Counted from the first letter of the stretch, positions 28,949 to 39,564 are shown. The stretch: DNA of 64,000 nt from an uncultured Candidatus Saccharibacteria bacterium (GCA_964621195.1 CAZULJ010000002.1:83665-147664), one strand, 5' to 3'. Notes: generated from the sequence alone by a model not told the origin. Numbers and translations are program-made.

Positions 28949-30358
28949 TTAGAAATTAGGATGAGGATTTTCCCCGCTCAATCTATCCGGAAAGACATCT
29001 TTTCCCAATGTCGGGATCATATTCCAATCTATATCAATGTACCCAACAGGATTAACATGAGTAGAGGAAGATTGTCCCTTTCTTGTCTCAAAGTGCAAAT
29101 GATATCCCAACTTCTGACAATTCCATTTCCCTGTATTACCACTAACACCAAGCAGATCTCCCTTCTTTACTGTACTACCAACCTGTACTTTGTAGTGATC
29201 TAAATGGAAGTAGGTTGTATGCATACCATTGGTATGCTTAACAATTACATAGTTACCACCCTGATTACACTCTCCACCATATTTGTCATATCCTACCTTT
29301 GTAACAGTTCCATCTCCTACAGATATTACCCTGTTTAATCTTGCCCCAAAATCTATACCTTTGTGAGGACACTGATACTTTGTACAACCGTACCACTGTG
29401 TTACACCAATATCTCTGTCAATTGGAAATCCAAAGGGTTTCTTCTCTATACTTTTCTCGGATATCTCAACGGGTATCCTTACCTTTCTTCTTAAATCTAT
29501 CCACTCCTTCCCGTTCAATATTGAAATATATTCGATAAAGGAAAGAGAGACTTGCTCTTCCGAAGGATCTTCTTTTGTAAGAGTTGAAAGAAAGAACTCA
29601 CTCTCTTTGAAACTAAAGTTGTAATTCCTTTGCCATCTCCCACCTATGTATATATTCCCAGTATATACAAGTAATACCTCAGACCTGTACTTCCTTAAGA
29701 GTACTTTCTTGCACTTACCCCAAGTAGAAAAATCTCTCAAAGAAAATTTCTTGCAGGAATATATCGAAATATTAGCATCAATATCTTTTAAATATGTACC
29801 AGAGATCTCTGTTGAGTAATATTTCCCCCAGTTAATATATATCGAGGATGTAACTGAGGTACTCTCTTTGCAATCCCAATTTAATATCTCATATGAAGAG
29901 CCCCTTTTTAATATCGAAATATTGCAGAGATTTTCCTCTGTATCTTGTATACCAAGAACCTCTGTATCCATGCTCTCCCTTTCATTGAATATCTCCTTGG
30001 GCTTTGCGGGTAAAGGGGGGATTTCTTCTTCCAATATCTCCTGCTCTTGGGTGGTCTCCTCTTGTACGGGAGGGATATATTCAGAATCAAAGTAGAAACA
30101 ATCAAGGTTTTTGTATGAATACCCTTCAGTACCAATCTCTCTGTATCTTAACCTTCTACAGTAGAATTTGTTCTGTAATGATTGGGTATATTCATATGTA
30201 TTTGTTGTTGGCCAATGGGATATTTCAATATATCGAAAATCTTGTGTAAAAGAGTATTGAAGCTCGTACTCAATGTTTTCTCCAAGGGAATCCCACTCTG
30301 TCTTTAACGGTAATTGGGAGTATGTTGTGAAGATAGTTGAAAATATTAGTGGTATCAT
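28949..30358 (-). CDS. M23 family metallopeptidase with long N-terminal extension
   Basis: HKGIDFG, GGNYVIVKH, YFHL, GNTG, HLHFE. Confidence 0.88.
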   Translation of the reverse strand: MIPLIFSTIFTTYSQLPLKTEWDSLGENIEYELQYSFTQDFRYIEISHWPTTNTYEYTQSLQNKFYCRRLRYREIGTEGYSYKNLDCFYFDSEYIPPVQEETTQEQEILEEEIPPLPAKPKEIFNERESMDTEVLGIQDTEENLCNISILKRGSSYEILNWDCKESTSVTSSIYINWGKYYSTEISGTYLKDIDANISIYSCKKFSLRDFSTWGKCKKVLLRKYRSEVLLVYTGNIYIGGRWQRNYNFSFKESEFFLSTLTKEDPSEEQVSLSFIEYISILNGKEWIDLRRKVRIPVEISEKSIEKKPFGFPIDRDIGVTQWYGCTKYQCPHKGIDFGARLNRVISVGDGTVTKVGYDKYGGECNQGGNYVIVKHTNGMHTTYFHLDHYKVQVGSTVKKGDLLGVSGNTGKWNCQKLGYHLHFETRKGQSSSTHVNPVGYIDIDWNMIPTLGKDVFPDRLSGENPHPNF

Positions 30359-30442
30359 ATATACATTGTTACACCCCAAAGTTAACAAATCTTTACACTT
30401 AAAGGTTTGTACTCATCTTAAATATTGATATAATCGAGAGCT

Positions 30443-33379
30443 ATGCTAAAACTACTAGAAGGTCTGTTTGACTCAAACGAAAAACAATTAAAAAAGATCC
30501 AAGTAACTGTGGATCAAGTAACCGCTTTAGAGGAAGAGATTAGTAAGCTCTCCGATGAAGAGCTACGGAAAAAAACCCAAGAGTTTAGAAATATCCTCAA
30601 TGTTGATTTAGAGAATGCTAGAAAAGAGTTTAATCAATTAGGGAAAGGTGATCTAAAGAGAAGATTAGAGGATGAGAAAAAAGTACTAAGAGAGATATTA
30701 CCGGAAGCTTTTGCAGTAATTCGAGAGGCATCTAAAAGAGTTGCAAATCATAGGCACTTTGATGTTCAGGTTATGGCAGGATATGTACTGTTTGATAACA
30801 AAGTGGCAGAGCTTTTCACTGGTGAAGGAAAAACATTGGCAGCTAATATGCCTCTTTACCTGTATGCACTAACAGGTAGAGGTGCACATTTAGTTACAGT
30901 AAATGATTACTTGGCAAGAAGAGATGCAGAATGGAATGGCCATATCTTAAACAGTTTAGGAATGACTGTAGCAGCAATTAACTCAGGTATCCAGTACAGA
31001 TATATTACTGACGAAGAGGTTATTAAGTTAAAGGGTGATGATGGAAAGAAGTTAATTGAAGAAAGAGAGAAGAAAGCAAAAGAGGCTGGAAGATTAAAGT
31101 ATGATCATATGAGTGGTGTTAATCTAATTGAATGTAGTAAGAGAGAGGCATATGATTGCGATGTAGTATATGGCACCAACAACGAATATGGCTTCGACTA
31201 TCTTAGAGACAATATGGTTTCTAGTTTAGATGAGAGAGTTCAAGGACCTAGATACTTTGCAATTGTAGACGAGGCTGACTCCATTTTGATTGATGAAGCT
31301 CGTACTCCATTAATTATTTCTACTAGTGCCCAAGCTTCCAATGAGATGTACAAGCAGTTTGCCAATATTGTTAACTCTTTACAAAGAGAGAAGCATTACT
31401 CTGTAGATGAGAAATCTAACTCAGTATCTTTAAATGATGAGGGTATTGATGCTGTAGAGAAAGCATTGAAGGTAAAGAACATATATGAGAATGCACAGCT
31501 TGCATATCATTTGGATAATGCATTGAAAGCAAAAGAGCTCTACAAATTGGATGATGAATATATGATTAGGGATGGAGAGGTCTTAATCGTTGATGAGTTT
31601 ACAGGAAGAGCATTACCTGGAAGAAGGTATAGCGAGGGGTTGCATCAAGCTATCGAAGCTAAAGAGGGGGTTGAGGTTAAGAGAGAGAGTAGGACAATGG
31701 CAACCATTACTTTGCAAAACTACTTCAGGTTGTATTCATATCTTTCCGGTATGACAGGTACAGCATTAACAGAGGCAGAAGAGTTCTCCTCTATTTACAA
31801 CCTCGACACTATCGTTGTTCCAACTAACAAGCCTGTTGTAAGAAAGGATTACAATGATGTTGTTTACAGAACAATGATGGGTAAATTCCAAGCTATCGTT
31901 GAAGATATTAAGGAACACAATGAGAAGGGACAACCTGTATTAGTAGGTACTACCTCTGTAGAGAAGTCTGAGGCCATCTCTATGCTCCTTTCCAAAGAAG
32001 GGGTTGCTCATGAGGTATTAAATGCCAAACATCACGAGAGAGAGGCTAAGATCGTCTCAGAAGCGGGTCAAAAAGGTGCAGTTACAATTGCAACTAATAT
32101 GGCAGGTAGGGGGACAGACATTGCTCTAGGAGAAGGGGTAAAAGAACTTGGAGGCTTGTATATCATTGGATCTGAAAGGCATGAATCAAGAAGAATCGAC
32201 AATCAGTTGAGAGGAAGAGCCGGAAGGCAGGGTGACCCCGGAGAATCTAGGTTCTATGTATCATTCGAAGATGATCTAATGAGACTCTTTGGTGGTGACA
32301 GAATGAAAATGATTATGACCCAAGCCGGTTTAGATGATGATATGCCAATATCTATTGGTATATTGGGTAGAACGATAGAGAATGCTCAAAAGAAAGTGGA
32401 ATCTCACAACTATGATATTCGTAAGAGACTTGTTGAATATGACGATGTCCTAAATCAACAAAGGAATATCATATATGATCTAAGATCGAAAATACTTGAG
32501 ATATCACAAGATCTTAAAACAGTTTCGGAGATATCTCTTAAAGATGATCTCAAATATATTTTAGATTTGGATATTGAAAAATTACAAGATGACCTAGATG
32601 GTTTTGGTTTAACAAGAAGAGACTCATGGGGAATTGAGCTCTTAGAGGGTTTGAAGTTTAAACTTAATCCTTTAGATATATCAATATTAAAGAAGCTTCT
32701 GGATCATACCGATATGCTTGTTGAATCTCAATTAGAGGATGATATGCGTATCGACAATATTGAGGAGAGAAACTTGTATATACAGATAAAGAATTTGCTT
32801 ACAGAGGAGCTTTTTGAAAGAAGTGTAAAAGATCTCTTATTTAAAAACAGTATTGAATACTTTAGATCTCTGGAGGGAAGTAGCTCTGCAGATATATCAA
32901 GAGAATTAAAAAAATTAATACTTGTTGGATACATAGAGCATATATATGCAATTGGGGCAGAACCTATGAGAGAGCTCTCAAAAGTATTAATACTTCAGGG
33001 TATCGATAGATTCTGGATGGAGCATTTAGACAATATGCAGGATCTTAGAGAAGGTATATCTTTGCGTAATTTAGCTCAGAGAGATCCTTTGGTTGAATAC
33101 AAAAATGAAGGATTTAGACTTTTTGATACGATGCTTGCAAGCATAGATGAAAATACTGTAACAAGATTCTTTAAGGTAAGGGTAGTAAGAAATTCTTCTC
33201 CACTTACTGCACCAATGCAAACAGAAAAAGAGGAAGCAAAGAGTATCTCTGACTCAAGACCTGGGAATGTCAGTAAGCAACAAACTGTTAAGAAAGGGTC
33301 TAAAGTAGGGAGGAATGATCCATGTCCATGTGGTAGTGGAAAGAAGTACAAGAAGTGCTGTTATCCCAAATTTGAATAG
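30443..33379 (+). CDS. secA: Preprotein translocase ATPase SecA
   Basis: TGEGKT, VTVNDYLARRDAEW, GFDYLRDN, VDEADSILIDEARTPLIIS, ATNMAGRGTDI, RRIDNQLRGRAGRQGDPG, SEC-C motif. Confidence 0.98.
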   Translation: MLKLLEGLFDSNEKQLKKIQVTVDQVTALEEEISKLSDEELRKKTQEFRNILNVDLENARKEFNQLGKGDLKRRLEDEKKVLREILPEAFAVIREASKRVANHRHFDVQVMAGYVLFDNKVAELFTGEGKTLAANMPLYLYALTGRGAHLVTVNDYLARRDAEWNGHILNSLGMTVAAINSGIQYRYITDEEVIKLKGDDGKKLIEEREKKAKEAGRLKYDHMSGVNLIECSKREAYDCDVVYGTNNEYGFDYLRDNMVSSLDERVQGPRYFAIVDEADSILIDEARTPLIISTSAQASNEMYKQFANIVNSLQREKHYSVDEKSNSVSLNDEGIDAVEKALKVKNIYENAQLAYHLDNALKAKELYKLDDEYMIRDGEVLIVDEFTGRALPGRRYSEGLHQAIEAKEGVEVKRESRTMATITLQNYFRLYSYLSGMTGTALTEAEEFSSIYNLDTIVVPTNKPVVRKDYNDVVYRTMMGKFQAIVEDIKEHNEKGQPVLVGTTSVEKSEAISMLLSKEGVAHEVLNAKHHEREAKIVSEAGQKGAVTIATNMAGRGTDIALGEGVKELGGLYIIGSERHESRRIDNQLRGRAGRQGDPGESRFYVSFEDDLMRLFGGDRMKMIMTQAGLDDDMPISIGILGRTIENAQKKVESHNYDIRKRLVEYDDVLNQQRNIIYDLRSKILEISQDLKTVSEISLKDDLKYILDLDIEKLQDDLDGFGLTRRDSWGIELLEGLKFKLNPLDISILKKLLDHTDMLVESQLEDDMRIDNIEERNLYIQIKNLLTEELFERSVKDLLFKNSIEYFRSLEGSSSADISRELKKLILVGYIEHIYAIGAEPMRELSKVLILQGIDRFWMEHLDNMQDLREGISLRNLAQRDPLVEYKNEGFRLFDTMLASIDENTVTRFFKVRVVRNSSPLTAPMQTEKEEAKSISDSRPGNVSKQQTVKKGSKVGRNDPCPCGSGKKYKKCCYPKFE

Positions 33380-33455
33380 CTATTATTATGGGTTTCTTGA
33401 CCTATCTCTCTTAATTGTAATATCCTAGATTACTGTAATCAGTTAAAGTTGAATT

Positions 33456-33953
33456 ATGTCAAAACTAGAAAATACAAAGAAGGTTGTTACTCAGAGGCAA
33501 AGTGTACATGTTGTTTTCTTCTCGTGTCCTGACTGTGGTGAAGAGACTGAACATATTCATTTCTGTCCAGATTGTTCCAAACCTATGCGCGTGATAGATG
33601 TTGTCGAGAAATTTGGTAAAGAAGCTGATGAATTTCTTAAAAAGATTCAAGAAAAAGTAGAGAATGGTAAATTAAAAAAGGATGACTTAGTTACTGTTGC
33701 TGATGAGGATGAACAACCAAATGTAATCGTACTAGCTGATGAAGACTCCTTGGATGATGGTGCTGTTGTTGATGATGGTGTTGATACCTTAAGTGACATC
33801 TTCCCTGATGATGAAGATGAAGAAAAGGTTACCTCTTCTGTCCCAGAGGCGCTGACAGATCTTGATGATATTGTCGCAGAATTAGATAAGGAAGAGGATG
33901 ACGAGTTCCCATTGGTTGATGATCTTGGGGACGAAGGTCTTCCAGAGCTTTAA
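33456..33953 (+). CDS. Hypothetical protein with zinc ribbon and highly acidic tail
   Basis: CPDC..CPDC followed by a D/E-rich C-terminus. Confidence 0.7.
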   Translation: MSKLENTKKVVTQRQSVHVVFFSCPDCGEETEHIHFCPDCSKPMRVIDVVEKFGKEADEFLKKIQEKVENGKLKKDDLVTVADEDEQPNVIVLADEDSLDDGAVVDDGVDTLSDIFPDDEDEEKVTSSVPEALTDLDDIVAELDKEEDDEFPLVDDLGDEGLPEL

Positions 33954-35101
33954 TGCAGGAAAAAAATTTCAAAAAGATTGCCGTTATCGCTGATCAAATG
34001 ACTTCCTTTGGAGGAGCTGATAGAGAGATGTTCTCTATGCTAAAGCTGTTTCCCAACGCTGATATATATACCATAGCTTTTAACCAAGATGCATATGGTA
34101 ATATTCCTCAGAAGGTATATACAAGCTTTGTACAAAGAATTCCTAAACCTAAGAGTTTCTACAGGCATTTAAAGATCCTCTCTCCATTTGCATACGAGAG
34201 CTTTAACTTAGAAGGGTATGATCTTGTAATTAGTATATCTGCAGGTCCTGCAAGAGGAGTGATTACAGGTATATATCAACCTCATGTCGCAATGGTAATG
34301 ACACCACCTAGAAGTCTTTGGGATCATGAGTTGAATGTACGATCTTCAAAATTAAAGAATATCTACAAACCAATCTCTACTTTTCTTAATACATACATGC
34401 GTATATGGGATTACTCAATATCAAAAAGAGTAGATTACTGGACTGCAAATTCAGAATATATCGCAAGAAAGATTAAAAAGAGATATGGAGTAAACGCTAC
34501 TGTAATATATCCAGGAATATCTAAAGAGTGTTTTGAGAATATATCTCAGGAGAGAAAAGATTTAGTAAAGAAAAAATATGACATAGAAGGGGAGTTTGTA
34601 TTAGTGGTTTCAAGATTGTATGACTACAAAAGAATAGATTGGGCAATTAGAGCATGCATATCTTCAGGTAAACAGCTAGTTATAGTTGGTGATGGTCCTG
34701 ATCTTAAATATCTCAAAGATGTTGCGAAAGGTAATTCCCTTGTAAAATTCCTTGGATTTGTTAAAGATGATTCTGAAGTTAGAGTCCTTTTTAATATCTC
34801 TGAAGTATTACTTTTCTGTGGTATCGAAGACTTTGGTTTAGTACCGGTAGAAGCTATGGCTCAGGGAACTCCCGTTTTTGCATATTCAGAGGGTGGTGTT
34901 CTTGAAACTGTTAAGGAGGGTATATGCGGAGAGTTTTTTAAGAATGAAGAGGAATTGTTAGAATTACTTAAGAAATTTGAGAAGAGGGGGTATAATCCTA
35001 GAGAGATTGTTAAAAGGGCAAAAGATTTTACTGAAGAAAAGTTCTTAGATAACCTGGAAAGATATTTATCAAAAGTATATGACACAGAAAGAAAAAAGTA
35101 G
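33953..35101 (+). CDS. GT4 glycosyltransferase (WbaZ-like)
   Basis: GGADRE, VSRL..YKRID, EDFGLVPVEAMAQGTPV. Confidence 0.92.
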   Translation: MQEKNFKKIAVIADQMTSFGGADREMFSMLKLFPNADIYTIAFNQDAYGNIPQKVYTSFVQRIPKPKSFYRHLKILSPFAYESFNLEGYDLVISISAGPARGVITGIYQPHVAMVMTPPRSLWDHELNVRSSKLKNIYKPISTFLNTYMRIWDYSISKRVDYWTANSEYIARKIKKRYGVNATVIYPGISKECFENISQERKDLVKKKYDIEGEFVLVVSRLYDYKRIDWAIRACISSGKQLVIVGDGPDLKYLKDVAKGNSLVKFLGFVKDDSEVRVLFNISEVLLFCGIEDFGLVPVEAMAQGTPVFAYSEGGVLETVKEGICGEFFKNEEELLELLKKFEKRGYNPREIVKRAKDFTEEKFLDNLERYLSKVYDTERKK

Positions 35102-36251
35102 CACATACAAAATAGCGATTGTTTCAGATCCATTGTACAAATATGGAGGAGCAGAAAAACAGTTGGGAGATATGATAAAAGCATTCCCTAACTCTACCCT
35201 GTATACAGCATTCTGTGATAGAGATTTTGTAAAGAAGACATTCCCAAATATTGAAGTTAAAACATCCTTTATGCAATATATTCCTGGTAAGTTTAAATTC
35301 CGATACTTTTTACAATTAATCCAACCCCTTGCATACAGATCATTTAACTTTAAAGGATATGATGCAATACTTTCACTCTCCATCGCATTCGCGAAATTCT
35401 CGAAGGGAAATATCCCACATATTAATATCTGTATGTCACCTACAAAGTTTTTCTGGGAGAAAGAGGGAAGATCTCTAAAAGATCATCAACAGTTAAAGGG
35501 TATAAACAGGTTACTGTTTAGATTCTATGCATTCTTCATGAATACCTTTTTAGAAGATATTTGGAAAGGTTGGGATAGGGGGGCAGCTCAAAGAATTGAT
35601 AGGATGATAGCGATATCAAATGTAGTACAGAAAAGAATCAAAAAATACTATGAAAGAGATAGCGATGTCATATATCCTCCAGTAGAAGTTAAAGCAATAG
35701 GTGAGATTACTAAAGTAAACAGAAAAGAGAATTGGTTTCTGTATTTAGGTCGTGTAGAAACATACAAAGGTGTTGAGTTAGCGATAAGAGCGGCTCACGA
35801 GGCAAAGGTGCCTCTTAAGATTGCAGGTACAGGAGATGATCTTGAGAGAATGAAAGAGCTTGTTAAAGATCTAAATGCGAAGGGTTATGTAAAATTTTTA
35901 GGTTTTGTTTCAGAAGAAGAGAAATTAGAACTACTATCCAAAGCAAAAGCCTTAATATTTCCTGTTCAAGGAGAAGATTTCGGTATTGTACCTGTAGAAG
36001 CAAATGCAGCTGGTACCCCAGTGATTGCATACAGAGAGGGTGGGGTGACCGAAACTATTTCAGATATTAACCCAAAGAGTGGAGAGTTTTTTACTAAATA
36101 TGATTACAAATCTCTTGCAAAGATTCTTAAAAAATTTGATGGAAGACAGTACAAGAGTGATAACTGTAGAAAGCAGGCTAGTAACTTTGCTGTAGAGATA
36201 TTCATTTACAAACTACAAAGGTATGTAGAAGATGCTATACAGAATAGTTAA
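35079..36251 (+). CDS. GT4 glycosyltransferase (tandem paralog of the previous gene)
   Basis: GGAEK, GRVETYKG, EDFGIVPVEANAAGTPV. Confidence 0.92.
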   Translation: MTQKEKSSTYKIAIVSDPLYKYGGAEKQLGDMIKAFPNSTLYTAFCDRDFVKKTFPNIEVKTSFMQYIPGKFKFRYFLQLIQPLAYRSFNFKGYDAILSLSIAFAKFSKGNIPHINICMSPTKFFWEKEGRSLKDHQQLKGINRLLFRFYAFFMNTFLEDIWKGWDRGAAQRIDRMIAISNVVQKRIKKYYERDSDVIYPPVEVKAIGEITKVNRKENWFLYLGRVETYKGVELAIRAAHEAKVPLKIAGTGDDLERMKELVKDLNAKGYVKFLGFVSEEEKLELLSKAKALIFPVQGEDFGIVPVEANAAGTPVIAYREGGVTETISDINPKSGEFFTKYDYKSLAKILKKFDGRQYKSDNCRKQASNFAVEIFIYKLQRYVEDAIQNS

Positions 36252-36870
36252 GAGAACAATAGACCTATTCCTCTCAATTATTCTTTGGATATTAACTTCC
36301 CCATTGATGTTAGTAATTGCACTTGCAATTAAACTCTCTGATGGCGGTGAAGTATTTGTTGGTACTCCAGTAAGATATGGAAGAGAGGGTAAGTCTTTCT
36401 TTATGTACAAATTCCGCACAATGATACCCAATGCTCATGAGTTAGCTATGAAAGATAGTAAGGTAAAAGGTGAGCTTTTAGGAAATCATAAATTAGAAAA
36501 GGATCTACGCGTTACAAGGGTAGGTAGGATCTTAAGAAATACAGACCTAGATGAATTACCACAGTTGATTAACATTGTACTTGGACAAATGAGTATGGTA
36601 GGTCCACGTCCCTTCTACACTGAAGAGATTGAGGAGCATCTGAGTAAGTATCCTAAAGATAGTAAATATTTCAAGGAGATATTTTCTGTAAAGCCTGGAT
36701 TAACAGGAATGTGGCAGATATCAGGAAGAAACGAAATACCATTTAGAGATCGATTGGTTATAGATACTGAATATGCAAAGCACCCCTCATTGTTAACAGA
36801 TCTATATATACTTTTTAAAACACCCTGGGTTGTTCTTTCAAGGAAAGGAGTAAAGGGTAGAGATGTCTAA
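36232..36870 (+). CDS. Priming sugar (phosphoglycosyl) transferase
   Basis: KRTID, YKFRTM, LDELPQL.N, MSMVGPRP, KPGLTGMWQISGRN. Confidence 0.95.
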   Translation: MLYRIVKRTIDLFLSIILWILTSPLMLVIALAIKLSDGGEVFVGTPVRYGREGKSFFMYKFRTMIPNAHELAMKDSKVKGELLGNHKLEKDLRVTRVGRILRNTDLDELPQLINIVLGQMSMVGPRPFYTEEIEEHLSKYPKDSKYFKEIFSVKPGLTGMWQISGRNEIPFRDRLVIDTEYAKHPSLLTDLYILFKTPWVVLSRKGVKGRDV

Positions 36871-37480
36871 AGATATTGTGATAGTTATAAAATCGGTAAA
36901 TTACTCTGAAGCAGACAAGATTCTTACTGTATTTGGCAAAGGACTTGGTAAGTTCACTCTCTTTGCAAAGAGTATTAGGAAGATAAATAGTAAGAACAGG
37001 GGTAATATGCAAACTCTTTGTATAAGTGAAGTATCCTTCTATGAAGGTAAGGGATTGCCTGTATTAACAGAATCTCAGCTTACACTCTCTCCTAATACTG
37101 ATGTGCTAAAAAATAGGGTAGAGAATCTTAATAGGGTCTTAGTTATGCTAAACAAAATCCTTGCTGAGTATGATCCTAATGAGAGGGTTTTTGATATGAT
37201 GCAGAGTGTCTTGAAAAAGGATTTTAATACAGAATCCGTTAATCGTTTTAGAGTTCTCTTTTTAAAAGAGATGGGTTTTCTTCAAGATTTTACTTTGTGT
37301 AATATCTGTGGAAGTGATAAAGATCTTGAATATATGGATGTTTCTAACTTTGCTCTTCTGTGTAAAAACTGTTACAGTAAAGTTGGAAAGTATTACAAAC
37401 TAGGTAAAAATCCGTATACAGAAAAATTCTTTACACAGGCCTTAGATATATATGTTAAGAGAGTAATTGAAGAGATATAG
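36863..37480 (+). CDS. recO: DNA repair protein RecO
   Basis: YSEADKILTVF..GLGK; C-terminal CxxC..CxxC zinc finger. Confidence 0.88.
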   Translation: MSKDIVIVIKSVNYSEADKILTVFGKGLGKFTLFAKSIRKINSKNRGNMQTLCISEVSFYEGKGLPVLTESQLTLSPNTDVLKNRVENLNRVLVMLNKILAEYDPNERVFDMMQSVLKKDFNTESVNRFRVLFLKEMGFLQDFTLCNICGSDKDLEYMDVSNFALLCKNCYSKVGKYYKLGKNPYTEKFFTQALDIYVKRVIEEI

Positions 37481-37482
37481 CC

Positions 37483-39558
37483 ATGAAATATACTGCTGCC
37501 CTAAAATACATATTTCTCTTTCTTTTCACCCTTTTACTTGCACCAAATGTCTACTCACAAGGTTCATTTGAATCAATGCAGGAGGATGTAACTGTTGAGG
37601 CGAATATTACAGTTGATTTTTACTCTACAGTCAATGTTAATCCAATAACGGTAGAAATATATCAACCAAGTAATGTTGAGATAAGGGTACTATCACCTAG
37701 CGGATTGGGTATTCCTGGAAGGCAGATTGTAATACTTGCTCCTGGTTTAACGGTTACTCAACCTATTACCCTTACAAATGCGACTGGTAGAACGAACGGT
37801 TCTGTATATTCTGCTACCCCTGGTACATATACAGTGTGCGCAAAGGATACTACCTTTGGATATGATATTACGATTCAAAACTGTAGAACCTTGTATGTTG
37901 TGCCTGTCCCAATACCAAATATGTTACCGGAGCCTCAGTACACAAAGGGTTTGAGTAATATTGTTCTTTGGAGTAGCTTGGGTGCAAATTACACATACAA
38001 TGTTCAAGCGAGCGAATATTCCGATTTTAGTTCAGTATTAAGTGAATCTGGATATACCACAAACACATCCCATGAGTTTACTGGTTTAGAGGATGCCAAG
38101 ATGTATTTCTACAGAGTTCGTGCTCAAAATCAGTATGGTGGAACAGGTGCATGGTCTAATATCGTTTACAGCGTTCAGGACAATCAACCCCCAGTTATTG
38201 AAGTCCTAGATATTGGAGATGTAGGTCAAAATGATACTGTGAATTGGAGCAGTACTCATGTTGTTACAATGCTTTTTAGAGTTAGTGATAACCTTCAATT
38301 GGCGAGTACACAATTCTTCTGTCTTAATACTGGAGATAACCTAGTTGCATGTACAGATGATTACTCCTTCGAGGGGGATATTTTTACTGTTAATGTTAGA
38401 CTTGGTGATTTGGAGAGAATATCGGGTGTTTACCTTAAAGAGAGGTATGGGTTTTGTGTAGAGGCTAGTGATACAGCAACAAATATTACACGAGTATGTG
38501 ATATTTACCTTGATATTCCTAAAGGAGAGTATCCAGTAGAACCAGAGAACCCTCCAATTATTGATAGGATCGAGAAGGGTTTAGAGGATTTAGATGTAAT
38601 ACTTGATGATACAATTGGTCAATTGGATCCTAAGGATTTAGATCGTGTTACTACAACTACCTCTGTTGTGACTGCAACTTCTGCAATAGCTATCGCTGCT
38701 GGAGGTCTTGGTAGTTTGCCTTACTTCCTTCTTCAACTCTTCCTTAATCTTCTATCTTTACTTGGTTTTAGAAAGGGTGCTAAACCTGTGGGTTTTGTAT
38801 ATGATTCTGTTACAAAAGATCCAATATCACAAGCTATCGTTAGAATCTTTGATATGAACAATCGTATTGTATGGTCTGATGTAACAGATAGTAGGGGGTA
38901 TTTCAGTGCTAGATTAAAAGATGGTAGATACAGAATTTTAGTAAGGGCTCCTAGATATGCATTCCCTTCTAATGTTGTTTTTGGAAAAGAGGACTATCCT
39001 TTAACTAATGTATATCATGGTGAAGAGTTCGATATTACTTCCAATGTAGAAGCGAACTATGCAGTACCTATGGATCCTCTTGAAGTTTCGAAACTTCGTC
39101 TTTCATTGGAAACTTTCTGGGCTAGAATTAAATTCCTTGTTAATATGCTTCTCATAGTTTTATTCCTTTTAGGTTTGATATTTGCCTTCTATTCCTATTA
39201 CAACAATCCGTCCTTGTTCTCATTAATCGTATTACTCCTCTTTGTACCAACATTCTTCTTTATACTTAGAAACATATTAAGTAAAGTAGATGATTACGGT
39301 ATCGTAAGAAACAAAGAAGGTGAAAGACTTGAAGGAGTAGTTATTGGATTGAGAGAATCAGAGTTTGACAAGATAGTGGCGAAAAGGGTTACGGATATTA
39401 GGGGTAGGTATAGATTCTTTGTAGGTGAGGGTAGATACTATATTGAAATTTTAGATACTGGATACAGGGTTGAGGATATTGAAGATGGTGATGAGGTGTA
39501 TCTTAAGAAGGAGAGTTTGATTCAAAGGGATATAGTATTAACAAGGATAAAGAAGTGA
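37483..39558 (+). CDS. Surface protein with Ig-like/FN3 domains and C-terminal TM + carboxypeptidase-regulatory-like module
   Basis: Signal peptide, YFYRVRAQN FN3 motif, GFVYDSVTKDPISQAIVRI, TMs. Confidence 0.8.
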   Translation: MKYTAALKYIFLFLFTLLLAPNVYSQGSFESMQEDVTVEANITVDFYSTVNVNPITVEIYQPSNVEIRVLSPSGLGIPGRQIVILAPGLTVTQPITLTNATGRTNGSVYSATPGTYTVCAKDTTFGYDITIQNCRTLYVVPVPIPNMLPEPQYTKGLSNIVLWSSLGANYTYNVQASEYSDFSSVLSESGYTTNTSHEFTGLEDAKMYFYRVRAQNQYGGTGAWSNIVYSVQDNQPPVIEVLDIGDVGQNDTVNWSSTHVVTMLFRVSDNLQLASTQFFCLNTGDNLVACTDDYSFEGDIFTVNVRLGDLERISGVYLKERYGFCVEASDTATNITRVCDIYLDIPKGEYPVEPENPPIIDRIEKGLEDLDVILDDTIGQLDPKDLDRVTTTTSVVTATSAIAIAAGGLGSLPYFLLQLFLNLLSLLGFRKGAKPVGFVYDSVTKDPISQAIVRIFDMNNRIVWSDVTDSRGYFSARLKDGRYRILVRAPRYAFPSNVVFGKEDYPLTNVYHGEEFDITSNVEANYAVPMDPLEVSKLRLSLETFWARIKFLVNMLLIVLFLLGLIFAFYSYYNNPSLFSLIVLLLFVPTFFFILRNILSKVDDYGIVRNKEGERLEGVVIGLRESEFDKIVAKRVTDIRGRYRFFVGEGRYYIEILDTGYRVEDIEDGDEVYLKKESLIQRDIVLTRIKK

Positions 39559-39564
39559 TTTGTA

